Below, one piece after another: positions 35,166-48,198 of a DNA stretch of 64,000 nt. Below the pieces are notes generated by a model, which saw nothing but the letters and a program-made list of their open reading frames with translations, did not search any database and was not told the origin of the DNA. This DNA is from Octopus sinensis (Eukaryota), in contig NC_043011.1 of NCBI RefSeq assembly GCF_006345805.1, positions 35,414,464-35,478,463 on the forward strand, given 5' to 3'. The stretch's first letter is position 1, and the number at the start of each line of letters is the position of its first letter. A program made the translations under genes and the position numbers.

Positions 35166-36229
35166 TCCATGGGAATTCTTTACGCTGTTATTAATTTCTT
35201 TGCGTTTATAGATTTTTAACAGTCCATAAAAGTTACTTTTCATCACCTCAAAATTAGCAAGGTATTCCAACATCCTTTGCATTAAGTTATCTTTTTAATT
35301 TGTTCATTTAATTACCAATTTTACTCATTGTTAATTTATCTTCATCTCTTTCTATTTTTTGTTTCTAATCTTATAAGAACTTTCTCTGTAGTGTGTTTTG
35401 TCCATTATGACAATTATGCAAATAAGGCTATCCAACATAGTGCTAGCCTAATTCTTTACTGCTTTATATATGTAGAAAGCTGATATATGCCATTGGCTGG
35501 GGGAAGAAAGCTGAACACATCTTCCCTGCAGAGCCGTCAACAATGCATAATAATGAGGATATTTACAATGATGATTATGGTGGTGGTGGTGGTGGTGATG
35601 ATGATGATGATGACAAAGCTGAGAAACAGTTACAGAGACAGTTTGAAAATGGCAGTTCTTTCCATGCACGCTGCATTGCAGTTTGAGAAGCTGATGCAAG
35701 GAATAAAATTGCGATAAATATTGCATTAAGAGAGAGCTATAACGATAGAAAGAGAGTCAGAGAGAGAGAGGGCGGGAGGGGAAGAGATAAAGAGAGATGG
35801 AGAGAGAGAGAGAGAAGGGAGGAAGATATGTGTAACAACTTGTCCCAATGTTTACAAATTATTTATAGAAACCATTTTACCAATCGAATATATATATAAG
35901 AATTATTTGTAAAGACAGAAATAAAGCAACACAACAAAGCAAGCAAACAAATAGACACCCAAATGAATTTAATAAATGAAATGAAATGAAATAACATAAC
36001 AATATATAGCATAATATAAACACAACATATAGATAAAATGTATATATATGTGTGTATATATATATATTGTAGAGGAAAATGATTGGGAAATATAATTTTA
36101 TTCAGTCGTACAATATTTGACAATGTCAACTCAACTCATTCTGTATATGAAGCAATTGTCAGCCTTTTATTGAGTTAGTTAATAGATGTAGTATTTTGAT
36201 AAAGGTAAATGGAAAAGGAAATATAATAT

Positions 36230-37030
<801 letters not shown>

Positions 37031-37426
37031 AACACTCACGCAAACACGTATATGTGCATATGTGTGTGTGCATGCCTATATTTACACATGTAACTATGTA
37101 GTTATGTAAATCTGTATATATGCATGTAACTTTTTTTAAAAACGAAACAGAATGCCCTAAATATAAACCTACAGAATTCATTCTTACACTCACACATGTA
37201 TTTATTCACGCTCTCACTCACACACGTAAATACACATACTTACACGAGCACAAACTCAGACACACATGCAGGAACACACAGATGCACATACGCACAGAGT
37301 TACTGACACACATGCATAATAAATAAATGCAATTCAAAGACAGAAAACACAACAATTCAGCGGAAAATAGGTGAGGACTATCACAGTAGTTGCTGTGGTT
37401 TAAAAATTATATACTTCTACTACTAT

Positions 37427-38070
37427 GGAGGCGCAATGGCCCAGTAGTTAGGGCAGCGAACTCGCGATCGGAGGATCGCAGTTTCGATTCCCAGACCGGT
37501 CGTTGTGTGTGTTTATTGAGCGAAAACACCTAATGCACCACAGGTGGGGGTTGGCTCCCGCAGGGGGTTGTGGCGACCCCTGTTGTACTCTTTCGCACCA
37601 ACTTTCTCTCACTATTTCTTCTTGTTTCTTGAGTAACGCTGCGATGGACTGGCGTCCCGTTCAGCATGGAAGGAACACATACCTATTTCTTTACTGCTCA
37701 CAAGGGGCTAAACACAGAGAGAACAAACAAGGACAGACAAACGTATTAAGTCGATTACATCGACCCCAGTGCGTAACTGGTACTTAATTTATCGACCCCG
37801 AAAGGATGAAAGGCAAAGTCGACCTCGGCGGAATTTGAACTCAACGTAACGGCAGACGAAATACCGCTGAGCATTTTGCCCGGCGTGCTAACAATTCTGC
37901 CAACTCACCGCCTTTCCCACACTTCTGCTTAGCAGAACGTAGCGACAGGCGAAATACCGATAAGCACTTCGCCCGGTGTGCTAACGTTTCTGCCAGCTCG
38001 GAGGAACACATACGTCACAGAAACCGGGAAACTGGGGCCATGAGCCTGGCTAGGCTTGAAAAAGGCGCAT
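37427..38070 (+). mobile_element. Chimeric SINE (family C head, family I tail) split by a SINE A insertion
   Basis: Head as at 34763; tail gctgcgatggactggcgtccc...aggaacacatac|gtcacagaaaccgggaaac as at 48813-49062. Confidence 0.8.
37683..38001 (-). mobile_element. SINE family A (1.3-mer) with 12-bp TSD
   Basis: aggaacacatac at 37671-37682 and 38002-38013. Confidence 0.9.
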
Positions 38071-38249
38071 ATATAAAAATATACTACTACTGCTGCTGCT
38101 GGTGTTGCTGCTGCTGTTGATGTTGTTGCTGCTGCGGCTGCTACTACTACTACTACTCATGATGATAATGGTTTCTAATTTTGCCACAAAGGCAGCAACG
38201 TTGATGAAGGGGATGAACCGATTACATCGATCCTAGTGTTCGAGTCTTT

Positions 38250-38760
38250 TAATTGTTTCAGTCATTTGACTGCGGCCATGCTGGAGCACCGATTTTTGTT
38301 GAGCAAATCGACCCCAGGACTTATACTTTGTAAACCTACTACTTATTCTATCAGGGCCCTTTTGCCGAACGGCTAAGTCACGGGGGACGTAAACACACCA
38401 CCATCGGTTGTCAAGCGATGTTGGGAGGACAAACACAGACACACAAACATATATACACACACACACACATACATACATACATACATACATACATACATAC
38501 CATACATACATACATATATATATATATATTATATATATATATACATATATATATATTATATATATATATATATATAATATATATATATACATATATACGA
38601 AAGGCTTCTTTCAGTTTCTATCTACGAAATCCACTCACAAGGCTTTGGTCGGCCCGAGGCTATAGTTGAAGACACTCGCCCAAAGTGCCACGCGGTGGAA
38701 ATGAACCCGGAACCATGTGGCTGGTAAGCAAGCTACTTACCACATAACCACTCCTACGCC
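38250..38760 (-). mobile_element. SINE family B with expanded internal microsatellite
   Basis: Family consensus on minus. Confidence 0.9.
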
Positions 38761-38771
38761 TAAAAAAAGTC

Positions 38772-38818
38772 TGCTCCAGGTGAGGATCGAACTCACGTCC
38801 TTCAGATTATGAGACTGA
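38772..38818 (-). pseudogene. tRNA-Met(CAT) elongator-type 3' two-thirds with Pol III terminator; 5' part missing
   Basis: Minus tcagtctCATaatctgaaggacgtgagttcgatcctcacctggagca then gacttttttt; closely follows the metazoan elongator tRNA-Met anticodon and T arms. Confidence 0.8.
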
Positions 38819-38819
38819 A

Positions 38820-39492
38820 GTTGTTCCGAAAATAATAGCCGATTTCAGAAACATAATTTTATTCTGGAAAAATTAACAATAAAAATGTTTTGATTAGTCA
38901 AAGTATGACCTGTGAACATCTATGCATCTCTGCCATCGATCAACGAGAGTATTTATGTCCCGTTGATAAAAACCTATTGGTTTTGATGTGAAGAAATTTT
39001 TGAAAGCTGATTGCACCTCTGGTTTAGACCTGGAAGCTTCATCACTTTATCACTTAAATGCTTTAAAAAATGGAAGTCAATGGGTGAAAGATCGGGAGAA
39101 TATGGAGAATGTGGTAAAGTCTCGTATCACAAGTCTGTGAATTTCTGCAGCGTCATTCTTGCAACATCTGGCTTTAAATTATTGTGGAGCAGTATTGGGC
39201 CATGCCGATTCATGAATGCAGGTCTCATTTTTTGCAAGTGAGCATGCATTTCAGGGAGTTGATTGCAATAAACCTCTGCTGTAATGCTCTGATTGACTTC
39301 CAGAAAGCTGTAATGGACCATACCAATTGCAGACCACCGGACAGTCACCATTATCTTTTGCTCATACAACTTTTGCTTTGGGAAATATTTGAGTGATGAC
39401 TATCATAAAGGATCCACTTTTCGACATAAGTGACTATTTGGTCAAGAAAAGGATCATTGGTGTTTCGCAGAAAGAGCATCGAGCACATTTCA
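38820..39492 (-). mobile_element. Second mariner transposase remnant (C-terminal half plus terminus)
   Basis: FLDQIVTYVEKWILYD; MVTVRWSAIGMVHYSFL; PILLHNNLKP; PHSPYSPDLSPIDFHFFKHL; TIR-like gttgttccgaaaataatagccgattt. Confidence 0.88.
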
Positions 39493-39494
39493 AA

Positions 39495-39920
39495 AAAGTC
39501 CTCATACTCAGAACTTTCAATGAAGTACTCGGAACTTTCCTGGAAGTCCCACATCCTCGGAACTTTCGAGGAAGTTTTCATACTCGGACGTTTTCAGGAA
39601 GTCCTCGGAATTTTCCGGGAAGTCATTATCCTCGGAATTTTCCAAAAAGTCCCCCATCCTTGGAACTTTCCAGGAGGACCCAATCCTCGGAAATTTCCAA
39701 GAAGTCACCATCACTGGAACTTTCCAGGAAGTCATCGAAATTTTCCACGAATTCCTCGGAACATTCCAGGAAGTACCCCATCCTCGGAACTTTCCAGGAA
39801 GTCCATATCCTCGGGCCTTCCCAGGAAGTCCCCGGAAATTTCCCGGAAGTTCCCATCCTCAGAACTTTCCAGGAAATCCACATCATTGAAACTTTCCAGG
39901 AAGTCCTCGGAATTTTCCTC
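39495..39920. repeat. Minisatellite, 17 units of 21, 27 or 28 nt
   Basis: Consensus gaagtc(cccat)cctcggaactttccag; unit boundaries counted by hand. Confidence 0.9.
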
Positions 39921-39949
39921 GGAATAATGATAAGGATAATAATGTTAAT

Positions 39950-40110
39950 AACAGCATCGAAACATTCCTTAGGAATGAGAAATGAGGTTCGAAATTTCCC
40001 CAAGACACATGATGAAGGTTGGAGGGTATACCAGCCGACGCGTATGAGGGCAAATATGCGTCAAATATAAATAATGTACATAATTCCCCATCTCTTAAAT
40101 ATAGAACAGT
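39950..40110 (+). mobile_element. Family F module with degenerate hammerhead (40004-40043)
   Basis: ccttaggaatgaga...ccccaagacac-aTGATGA-a-ggttgg...ccagcc-gacgcgt; homologous to 3001-3106. Confidence 0.65.
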
Positions 40111-40753
40111 ATAAATTCTGGTTTTTAATTAAGATTTACATTCAGTTATTCCATTCTAAAGAATGGTTATTTCAAGGAAAATAATAAGACCATTAGGAAT
40201 TATTGATATTCGATGTAATTACTTCAAAATACTTGAATAATTATAATTAAAATGACATCTATAAAGTCATAGGATGAAGCTAATGAGTTGAATATTTCTA
40301 TTTGACTTTTGAAAGAAAGACTCCAATGAGATCAATTAATAAGTGATCCTGCAAATAAAATAAAATCAGATTTGACGAAAACAAAATGACAAACAATATC
40401 GGGGCCTACTAAAGAAAATATATGTTTCATTAAAAGTTTGCTGTATTTTAAAATGTCAACTAGGTTCAGAAACACACAGACTCAGACTAACTCACTTACA
40501 CACAGTTATACGTATACATGCATACATACATATTTGCATGCATATGATGAAAATGTTTTGGCTTATATACGCGTGTGTATGTGTATGTGCGTGTGCATGC
40601 ATGTGTATATATATGTATGTGTGTGCATATATATATATTTATGCATATGTACATATATACACACTCATATATATATACACACATATACATACATGTATGT
40701 ATAATTATGTGTATGTATATATATATATAAATATCTATATATCTATTTATATC

Positions 40754-40791
<38 letters not shown>

Positions 40792-41659
40792 CATATATTA
40801 CTATTTAAGAACAGAGATTTACATATCCAGTTTTATTCCGCAGTCAGCCATGTCTTTCCATTTCTGCACCTACAGATGTTTCTGCTGCACCTAAGGGCAC
40901 ACTGCAAAATTTTGCATTTTGGTGTTAATTGCTGCTTCTTCAGCGTGCTATTAACTGCATTTCAGATGCTGTCTGAACTAAATACATCCAACCAAAACTA
41001 TCTCATACACATGGTGTTATTATTCTAAAAATGGCCTAAATTCTGATTGGTTCAACTCTGCTGCTTATTATTAATAATCTCCTTATTATTAATTTATTAT
41101 TTCTTCTTTACCGACAACATGCAGTCTCCATAGAGACATGGATTTATTGATGTGAAGATCTACTGAGAATAGTAAAACAAACAAACTAGAGTTTTCCTAT
41201 ACTCATGGAGGTTAGCCAGCATTATTAAATGGTAAAAGTGAATATGGTACCTGACAGGATTGTAATATCCCTAATTTGGAAATTTACCTTTACACACACA
41301 CACACACACACATATGTGTATGTATACATATATCTGTGCATATTTCTGTTTGTTTGCGTATCTATGTATATAACATCTGAGTGCATGTGATAAAAATATG
41401 GATTCAGAAAGTCAACCAAAACTCACATCAAGCTCACCGTTTGGTGTGTGTTTGGTTAGCAATAAAGGCCATGGTTAAAGCTGGGATGTAACATCAGGAA
41501 CACTTTGAAAATGTAGGAATCACAACTGGTCAAATAACAAGTGAAGTGAAAGAATATATGTTTATTTTATTAGTTGACAGCTGTTTCATATGCCATAGTA
41601 TTTACAGAATCAGCATTACATTACCCATCACACATATATAAAATACACATGTATGTATA

Positions 41660-41890
41660 TATATATATATATATATATAACGGGAAGCTTTATGAAAATA
41701 AACAAAAGACGAAGGCAGGTGGAATACAAACAAACAATTGTATTAGTATGGCGCTCAGGAATATAAATAAAACAAGTCTTTTACATTTCGAGCCTACGCT
41801 CTTCAACAGAAGGATACACAGAAAAGAAACACGGAGAGAAACAAGGAGAGAAAAAATGCGTGCAGAAGCTAGCGAATCAACATGGCGATC
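41660..41890 (-). mobile_element. Family H hammerhead-bearing pLTR-like fragment
   Basis: CUGUUGA-a-GAGC(guag)GCUC-GAAA-UGU-A-aaagac at 41776-41813. Confidence 0.7.
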
Positions 41891-42649
41891 CCAAAATATT
41901 GATAAGGAGAATGAAGAGTTTGAATATTCATGCTTTATGTTTTATTACAGTTGGTTTTTATTCGTAATAATTATCCGGCTCATGTTTCGATATCATTAAT
42001 TGCATATTGTTGTATATCAATATGCAGTGATTTATGCATCATTAGTACGATCTCTTCGGAGTGTATAAATATGACATTGTCCGAAGAGGAATTTTCCTCC
42101 GTTATTAGTTTGACTTAGGCTTGGTAGCAGTAGTACTAAACCATGACGTTCGTCAGTGAGCTATTTTTCACAATTGATTGTTTTGGTAAAATTCACCAGC
42201 ACCCGTAGTAATGTTTGATGAAGTTGGCAAATTTTTTTGGTTCGTTGGGTGGAGTGGTTATTTATAGAATTCTTTTCTTTTGAACGATTCTACATTCTTT
42301 ATGGTCACGTGGTTTTCAAATGGATTTCAGGGTTGGTTGTACTATCTGAATTTTTTGTGAAAGTCATTAATAGTAGTAGTGGATAATCACTAGGCAGTAG
42401 GCACTACGTGGTCTATAAAAAGAAGCAGTCAGTTGTAATTAAAAATTTTTCTAACTTATTATTATTGTTTTAAAGTGTTTTTAGGTTATATTATACATAA
42501 TCTTATAAATTGAATTCTGTTCTTATATTCTTTATATGCGTCTTTATTCTTATAGTTACGTTTAGAAAAAATGGTTATTGAAATTATATAAATTAATACA
42601 TTTTATTACTTAAATTTTTAAAAAGTAAACGTTACTTGTCTAAACAATT

Positions 42650-43100
42650 AAAACGTCTTTGTCTAGTGTTAACTTATTTACTTTTCTAAGTAAATATTTG
42701 GTATAATTCCTGCAGACATAAATTGCATTTGTTGACCCCCCAATTTTATAAGGTTTCGCAGTACTAATAATTTCCATTTTAATGACTATTTAATATTTTC
42801 ATCCTTGAGCGACCATATAAGCTTGCTAAGACTTGTTGAAAATTTTCTAGAATTATTTCTGAACGAACTTTCATAATTTGCTATTCTTTGTCTTATAAAG
42901 CATAAGCTAGCTCCTATATATTCTTTTATATGTTCCAGTCCAATGACTGTGGTCATGCTGGAGCACCGATATATCAATATTATTTTTATTTGTTTTGACT
43001 ACAAATCTATAAATGATGTTTCTTACAGCTATTTTAAAATTTGCCTTGCGTTCTTCTAGCACAGTCATATTTTCTATCTACATCTTTATTTTTAGATTTT
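42650..43100 (-). pseudogene. Penelope GIY-YIG endonuclease remnant
   Basis: RNIIYRFVV; KEYIGASLCFIRQRIANYESSFRNNSRKFSTSLSKLIWSLKDENIK; EIISTAKPY; KCNLCLQE. Confidence 0.82.
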
Positions 43101-43499
43101 ATAATATTTGTGTTTGTTTTATATTTTTACTTATTATCTTTATTATTATTGTATTCACAATAGCCGCTATTCTTTCTAGTCAGCATATGTGCATGTCTTT
43201 TACTTATAGGATCTATGGAATTATTTAATTGAATACTTTCCCTTTGATAATTGTTTATTTTCCAATGAAGATTGTTTTACCAGTTATATCTTTCCCATGT
43301 TCGGTTGAATCAATTTTGATCGAGCAGAGATATAACCAAAGGTGTTCCAAGCACGAATCTTCCATCATTTTTTTTTTCAGACTGTATGCATCTATGATTA
43401 CATGATCCTGTGTGTTTTTGGTTTAAATAGCATGGTTTGATTTCCAGGTGCGATTTTGCTGTTATTTCTAGTAGATCAAATACCTGCGCAGAATCTATT

Positions 43500-43870
43500 T
43501 CATTGGTTCGTTACAGAATTGTGTTAATATACAATATTTTTCTGCCAAACATTGGTTGCACACTCATGCTTCCCCAGAGTAAATTTTGAGAAATTTTACG
43601 ATCGCTCATTTGATTTATATGCTGCAAGTTGCTTTTCACCTTCAGTATTAAGTTATATTTGGATAAATCGGTTACATTGTTACTTATTTGGAAAGTGGAA
43701 ACTGCCAACATGCTGTATGTAGCAGCATTTGAGACAATTTTTCTGTCAGTTCAATGCAGCTAGTCTGTTTATCATTGCTTGCTGTTACTCTGGCATGGTA
43801 TGCAATAACTATTTTCTGGAATTTTTGATTGAGCAGCCAGCTGCTCGGGATGTTGCAATTGCATTTGCTG
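43500..43870 (-). pseudogene. Second Penelope GIY-YIG remnant
   Basis: KCNCNIPSS...IAYHARVT...CIELTE; TDLSKY; CNQCLAEKYCIL. Confidence 0.7.
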
Positions 43871-44439
43871 TCATGTTCATTTATTTCCCAAGTTATTTTA
43901 TACTTTTATTTATTTATTTTTGTTTAATAGATGCTACACTAAACATGCAACTATGGCTTACTTTCGCATTATTTTTGTACAATAATTTCTGATATTTCTG
44001 TCCAGGTGGGAAGCGAATACTGATTAATGTTAAGAAGTTTCTTGCTATTTTTATTTCCACATTTTGACACTATATCATGTTAAACTACATAATGTTTCGT
44101 GTTGTAATTGTCTTCTCAATGTTTATGCATATATTTTGTAAGAAATTTATTTTTGTGCCAGCTGTTTTTTGAAAGATTTTATTGTCGGTAAGGTACATGC
44201 AGAGAAATTTACATGGTAACAAAAAGAATACTTGCTCAATGACTAATATTTTAAAACATGACAAAAATCTAAGAGGTACAATAAGCCCCAAAACGTGCCT
44301 AGTGTTATCGTCTGCATTCGAGGAAATTATCAAAACAATAATTAAATTAATAGTGTCTTTTCTTTACCGCATACCTAGTCTCATTGCCTAGTAATTATGC
44401 TGTTGCGCTTACGATTGTGAGATGGAGTTTTCGTTTTCC

Positions 44440-44925
44440 AGGCAGACTTCAAGTTGTGTTCTTGAGCAAAACCTTTTATTTCACACTGATCCAATCCACT
44501 CCGCTGTAAATGAGTGGTGGTGGAAGCACTCCGTCGGTTACGACGACGAGGGTTCCGGTTGATCCGAATCAACGGAACAGCCTGCTCGTGAAATTAACGT
44601 GTAAGTGGCTGAGCACTCCACAGATACGTGTACCCTTAACGTAGTTCTCGGGGATATTCAGCGTGACACAGAGAGTGACAAGGCCATCCCTTTGAAATAC
44701 AGGTACAACAGAAACAGGAAGTAAGAGTGAGAGAAAGTTGTGGTGAAAGAGTACAGCAGGGATCACCACCATCCCCTGCCGGAGCCTCGTGGAGCTTTGG
44801 GTGTTTTCGCTCAATAAACACTCACAATGCCCGGTCTGGGAATCGAAACCGCGAGTCCGCTGCCCTAACCACTGGGCCATTGCGCTGTAAATGAGTAACC
44901 TTACGATGAATTGGTGTACAAGGGT
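44440..44925 (+). mobile_element. Old SINE family I fragment split by a SINE C insertion
   Basis: gttgtgttcttgagcaaaac...gctgtaaatgagt|aaccttacgatg. Confidence 0.65.
44516..44885 (-). mobile_element. SINE family C with TSD
   Basis: ctgtaaatgagt at 44504-44515 and 44885-44896. Confidence 0.92.
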
Positions 44926-45307
44926 GTGATGGTGACTGAGGAAAATCACTGAAACGGAGGTCAAGCGAGACATAGTTTGTATTCAGTGATCGAAAGGATG
45001 AACAGTACAGCCTGTTTAGAAGGCACGCGGTTTAGTTGTGAGGGCATTCGTCTCACGATCGTAAGGTCATGAGTTCGATTCCCGGTGGCGGCGGCGCGTT
45101 GTGTCATTGAGCAAGATACTTTATTTTGTGTTCTTTTTATCAGATGTGAGGAGTTGAGAAATGGAAGGTGGTGTAATCGAATTTGCCCTTAATTGTTTTG
45201 TTTTGGTTTATATTGGGTTGGTGCATAACTATTGCGGCTTTTTTTCAACAAATTTTATTCAACAAAAACAATAACATCATGTAACAAAAACATTCCTTAA
45301 ATCATTT

Positions 45308-45978
45308 CTAGCTGAGATACCCGGCCTTGCTCGGGATTAAAATGGCATAGATTTTTTATTGTTTTTACTTGTTTCAGTCATGTGACTACGGCGATGCTGG
45401 AGCACCGCCGTCGGTCGAAGAAATCAACCACAGGATTTATTCTTCGTAAGCCTAGTACTCATTCTGTCAGTGGCTTTTACCAAACCGCAAAGTTACAGGA
45501 ATGTAAAGACAGCAACATCACTTGTCAAGCAATGGTGGGGGTACAAACACAAGACAGGCACACGCATAAACAAATATACATATACATACGACAGTCTTCT
45601 TTCAGTTTCCGAGTAGGAAATCCACTTACAAAGTTTCGGTAGGCCTGAGGCTATAATAAGCATATATATATACATATACATATATATATGTGTGTATGTG
45701 TGTATGCTTTCGGTGTGAATGGCTTTATTATATGGTGGCGTATTTTACAATCCCTCGACAGAAAAAAGAAGGCTTTCCCATCCGCATGGAACGCGAACAC
45801 ACATCCCTTTGTTAACATGATTAAGTGTGTTACCTTTACACGCGGATGGGAAAGCCTTCATTTTTCTGTCGAGGGCTTATATACCCCGTTATTAGACCAT
45901 TTTTCTTAGTCATTGCACGGTGAACGCCATAAGCTTTAAGCTTATATAAAAATACCATTATTATTATTTACAGGATTG

Positions 45979-46046
<68 letters not shown>

Positions 46047-47068
46047 ATATGTATATATATATATATATATGTGTGTGTATATATATATCCATATATATAT
46101 ATATATATAGGTGGATATATATATACATACATATCCATATACATACATACATATACCAGGTGATATACCCGGTAATTCCCGGGAAAGCGGATTTATCCCT
46201 TGGTTCCATTCTCATATTTGTTTCGCTAATCCAGTAATGACAATACAAAGTATGGAGCCCTTAAAATGGTTTTTGCGTATTTATTGAGAATACTGAAGTG
46301 TCTTACAAAGGATCTTGGTTTTAGGAATTCCCAATAATTTATGAAAACTGAAATTGTGAAGTCAGTTATGTAATAACATAAAATTAATTACCCTATAGTA
46401 AGAATTCAAATAAAGTAGCCCTGAAAAGGGCGTTAATATGTTCCCAGAGTATATACAACATAGGAGGAAATACTAATAAGTTATGTATACTAAAATCTTG
46501 AAACATGTTACGCAATAGCAGGCGAATCAGATATGAGATAATAACAATTCAAAGTAATTAACTGTGAAAAAAGCTTTTGTGCATTCCCAGAAAAAAATAC
46601 CCTCAGCAGCGCTAGTGTTGGTATAATCGTGAATAAATCACTAACTGAAATAAGTGGATCTATTGTTTAAGAGATTGCTGTTAATTTGTTTAAGCCTTGT
46701 ACTAGATAAATTGAGAAAATAACTAAAATAGTTCAAATACTAAAAAATAAGAATGCTCAATTTCATGTTTACCAAATAATTTATGAAGGGTTATTTCCCT
46801 TGGAAGCTTAAAAATAATTTACGAAGGAGATAATGAGTTATTTCCCTTGAAAGCTTAAAAATAATTACGCCCGCCGTTCAACTGCGCCCAAGTGTTATTT
46901 CTTCCGCCATTTACCTGAACATTTTTTGAAATAAATTTATACTTAAAACCTCCCCAGACACATAAGCAATGTGCGTGTTAAGTCTAAGTAGTATCGGTCG
47001 AGCCGTTTTGGCACAAAATGAGGACATGCCAATACACACACAGATATTTTCAGTTTTATTATGTAAGA
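45308..47068 (-). mobile_element. Non-autonomous Helitron (composite)
   Basis: 5' A|TC ttacataataaaac at 47068; 3' hairpin cccgagcaaggccggg plus CTAG at 45308; internal second hairpin plus CTGG|T at 46156-46183. Confidence 0.82.
45360..45660 (-). mobile_element. SINE family B nested in the Helitron
   Basis: tttcagtcatgtgactacggcgatgctggagcaccgcc... Confidence 0.8.
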
Positions 47069-47377
47069 TTCCAGAGCATATTCACCATCTACTTTCAATT
47101 ACTGCCTCCAATTTGCTTAGCAGACGGTCAGACCATCATTAAAGGATGATTTTGTTGAATAAAATTTGTTGAAAAAAAGCTGCAATAATTATGCACCAAC
47201 CCAATATGTATGTATGAATGAGTGTGTGAGTAAATGTAAGGATAAGCAAGTTAGGCAGATCGATATACAAAGAGTATCAACATCCTTACATTTACTCCTC
47301 TACCTGCTCAAGTTAAAAACTTTTGAGCACTACTGAGTGTATTTTATATGGACACACACACACACACACACATATAT

Positions 47378-47417
<40 letters not shown>

Positions 47418-47874
47418 GCACACACACACAAACACACACACATATATGTACTTCTTTCAGTTTCAGTTTACTAAATCCATTCGCAAGGCTTCGATTGACC
47501 CAGGGCTATAATAGAAAACACATGCCCAAGGTGTCATGCAGTGAGACTGAACTATACAGACATACATACATACATATACATACATACATACATACATATA
47601 TATTTATGCATATTATGTATATATGCTAGATCAAAGGTTCAATTCCTGGACAGGGTGGCAAGTTATGTTCTTGAGCAAGTCACTTCATTTCACCGTGTCC
47701 CAATCAGTTCGGCTGTAAATGGGTAACCCTGTGGTGGAATGGTGTATGGCATCATTTGAAAGCTAAAACAATGCAAAGTGCCTTGTGACCAGCGATGTAT
47801 AACAATATTTAGTCGTCAGGTCTATATCATGATACTCTGATTGATAAATATATCACACACACACACAACACAAC

Positions 47875-47906
<32 letters not shown>

Positions 47907-47939
47907 CACACACACAACACACAAGCATATATATCAACA

Positions 47940-48120
47940 TGTATTGACTGCTTAATTTGGACACATTTTTTTGTCTGTTTTTTTTTTCTCTCCCCTCATT
48001 TATCCTTCCTGAAGAAGGGCATAGACTAAAAACATTAAAGACGTCTTCCATTTTTCTTGAGCATTAAACTAAAATACCGTTTCTTGTTCATTTACTGTCT
48101 TTTTCTTTGTATTTTGAGAC
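47940..48120 (+). mobile_element. Old family H copy with canonical CUGAAGA core but decayed stems
   Basis: CTGAAGA-a-gggc-atag-acta-aaaa-catt-aaagac at 48009-48042. Confidence 0.5.
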
Positions 48121-48139
48121 TATATATATATAAATATAT

Positions 48140-48191
<52 letters not shown>

Positions 48192-48198
48192 GTGAATA

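Larger units (their letters stand above)
32755..35390 (-). pseudogene. Penelope-like element: RT and GIY-YIG endonuclease remnant interrupted by three SINEs
   Basis: SNFYGLLKIYK (35200s); PI-VAEP..LSNFFETCLKPLCKSIPSFVKDDLD and VSFEVISIYPNIP (34400-34750); MGMTVAQTFMKLVMG...NWKIFLNDCFIVW (33705-33963); RRQPPNFKRLLTR, CCGTC, CKENYIGETG (32930-33285). Confidence 0.88.
45213..47204. mobile_element. Mariner MITE (same family as 25296-25529) split by a Helitron insertion
   Basis: Left part 45213-45307 and right part 47069-47204 rejoin to the intact-copy sequence; TA on both outer sides. Confidence 0.9.

Noticed and set aside
39495-39920. CRISPR-like array
   Set aside because: No unique spacers, eukaryotic context; it is a minisatellite
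39393-40070. 225-aa ORF as a gene
   Set aside because: Stitched from an antisense mariner fragment, the minisatellite and a family F module
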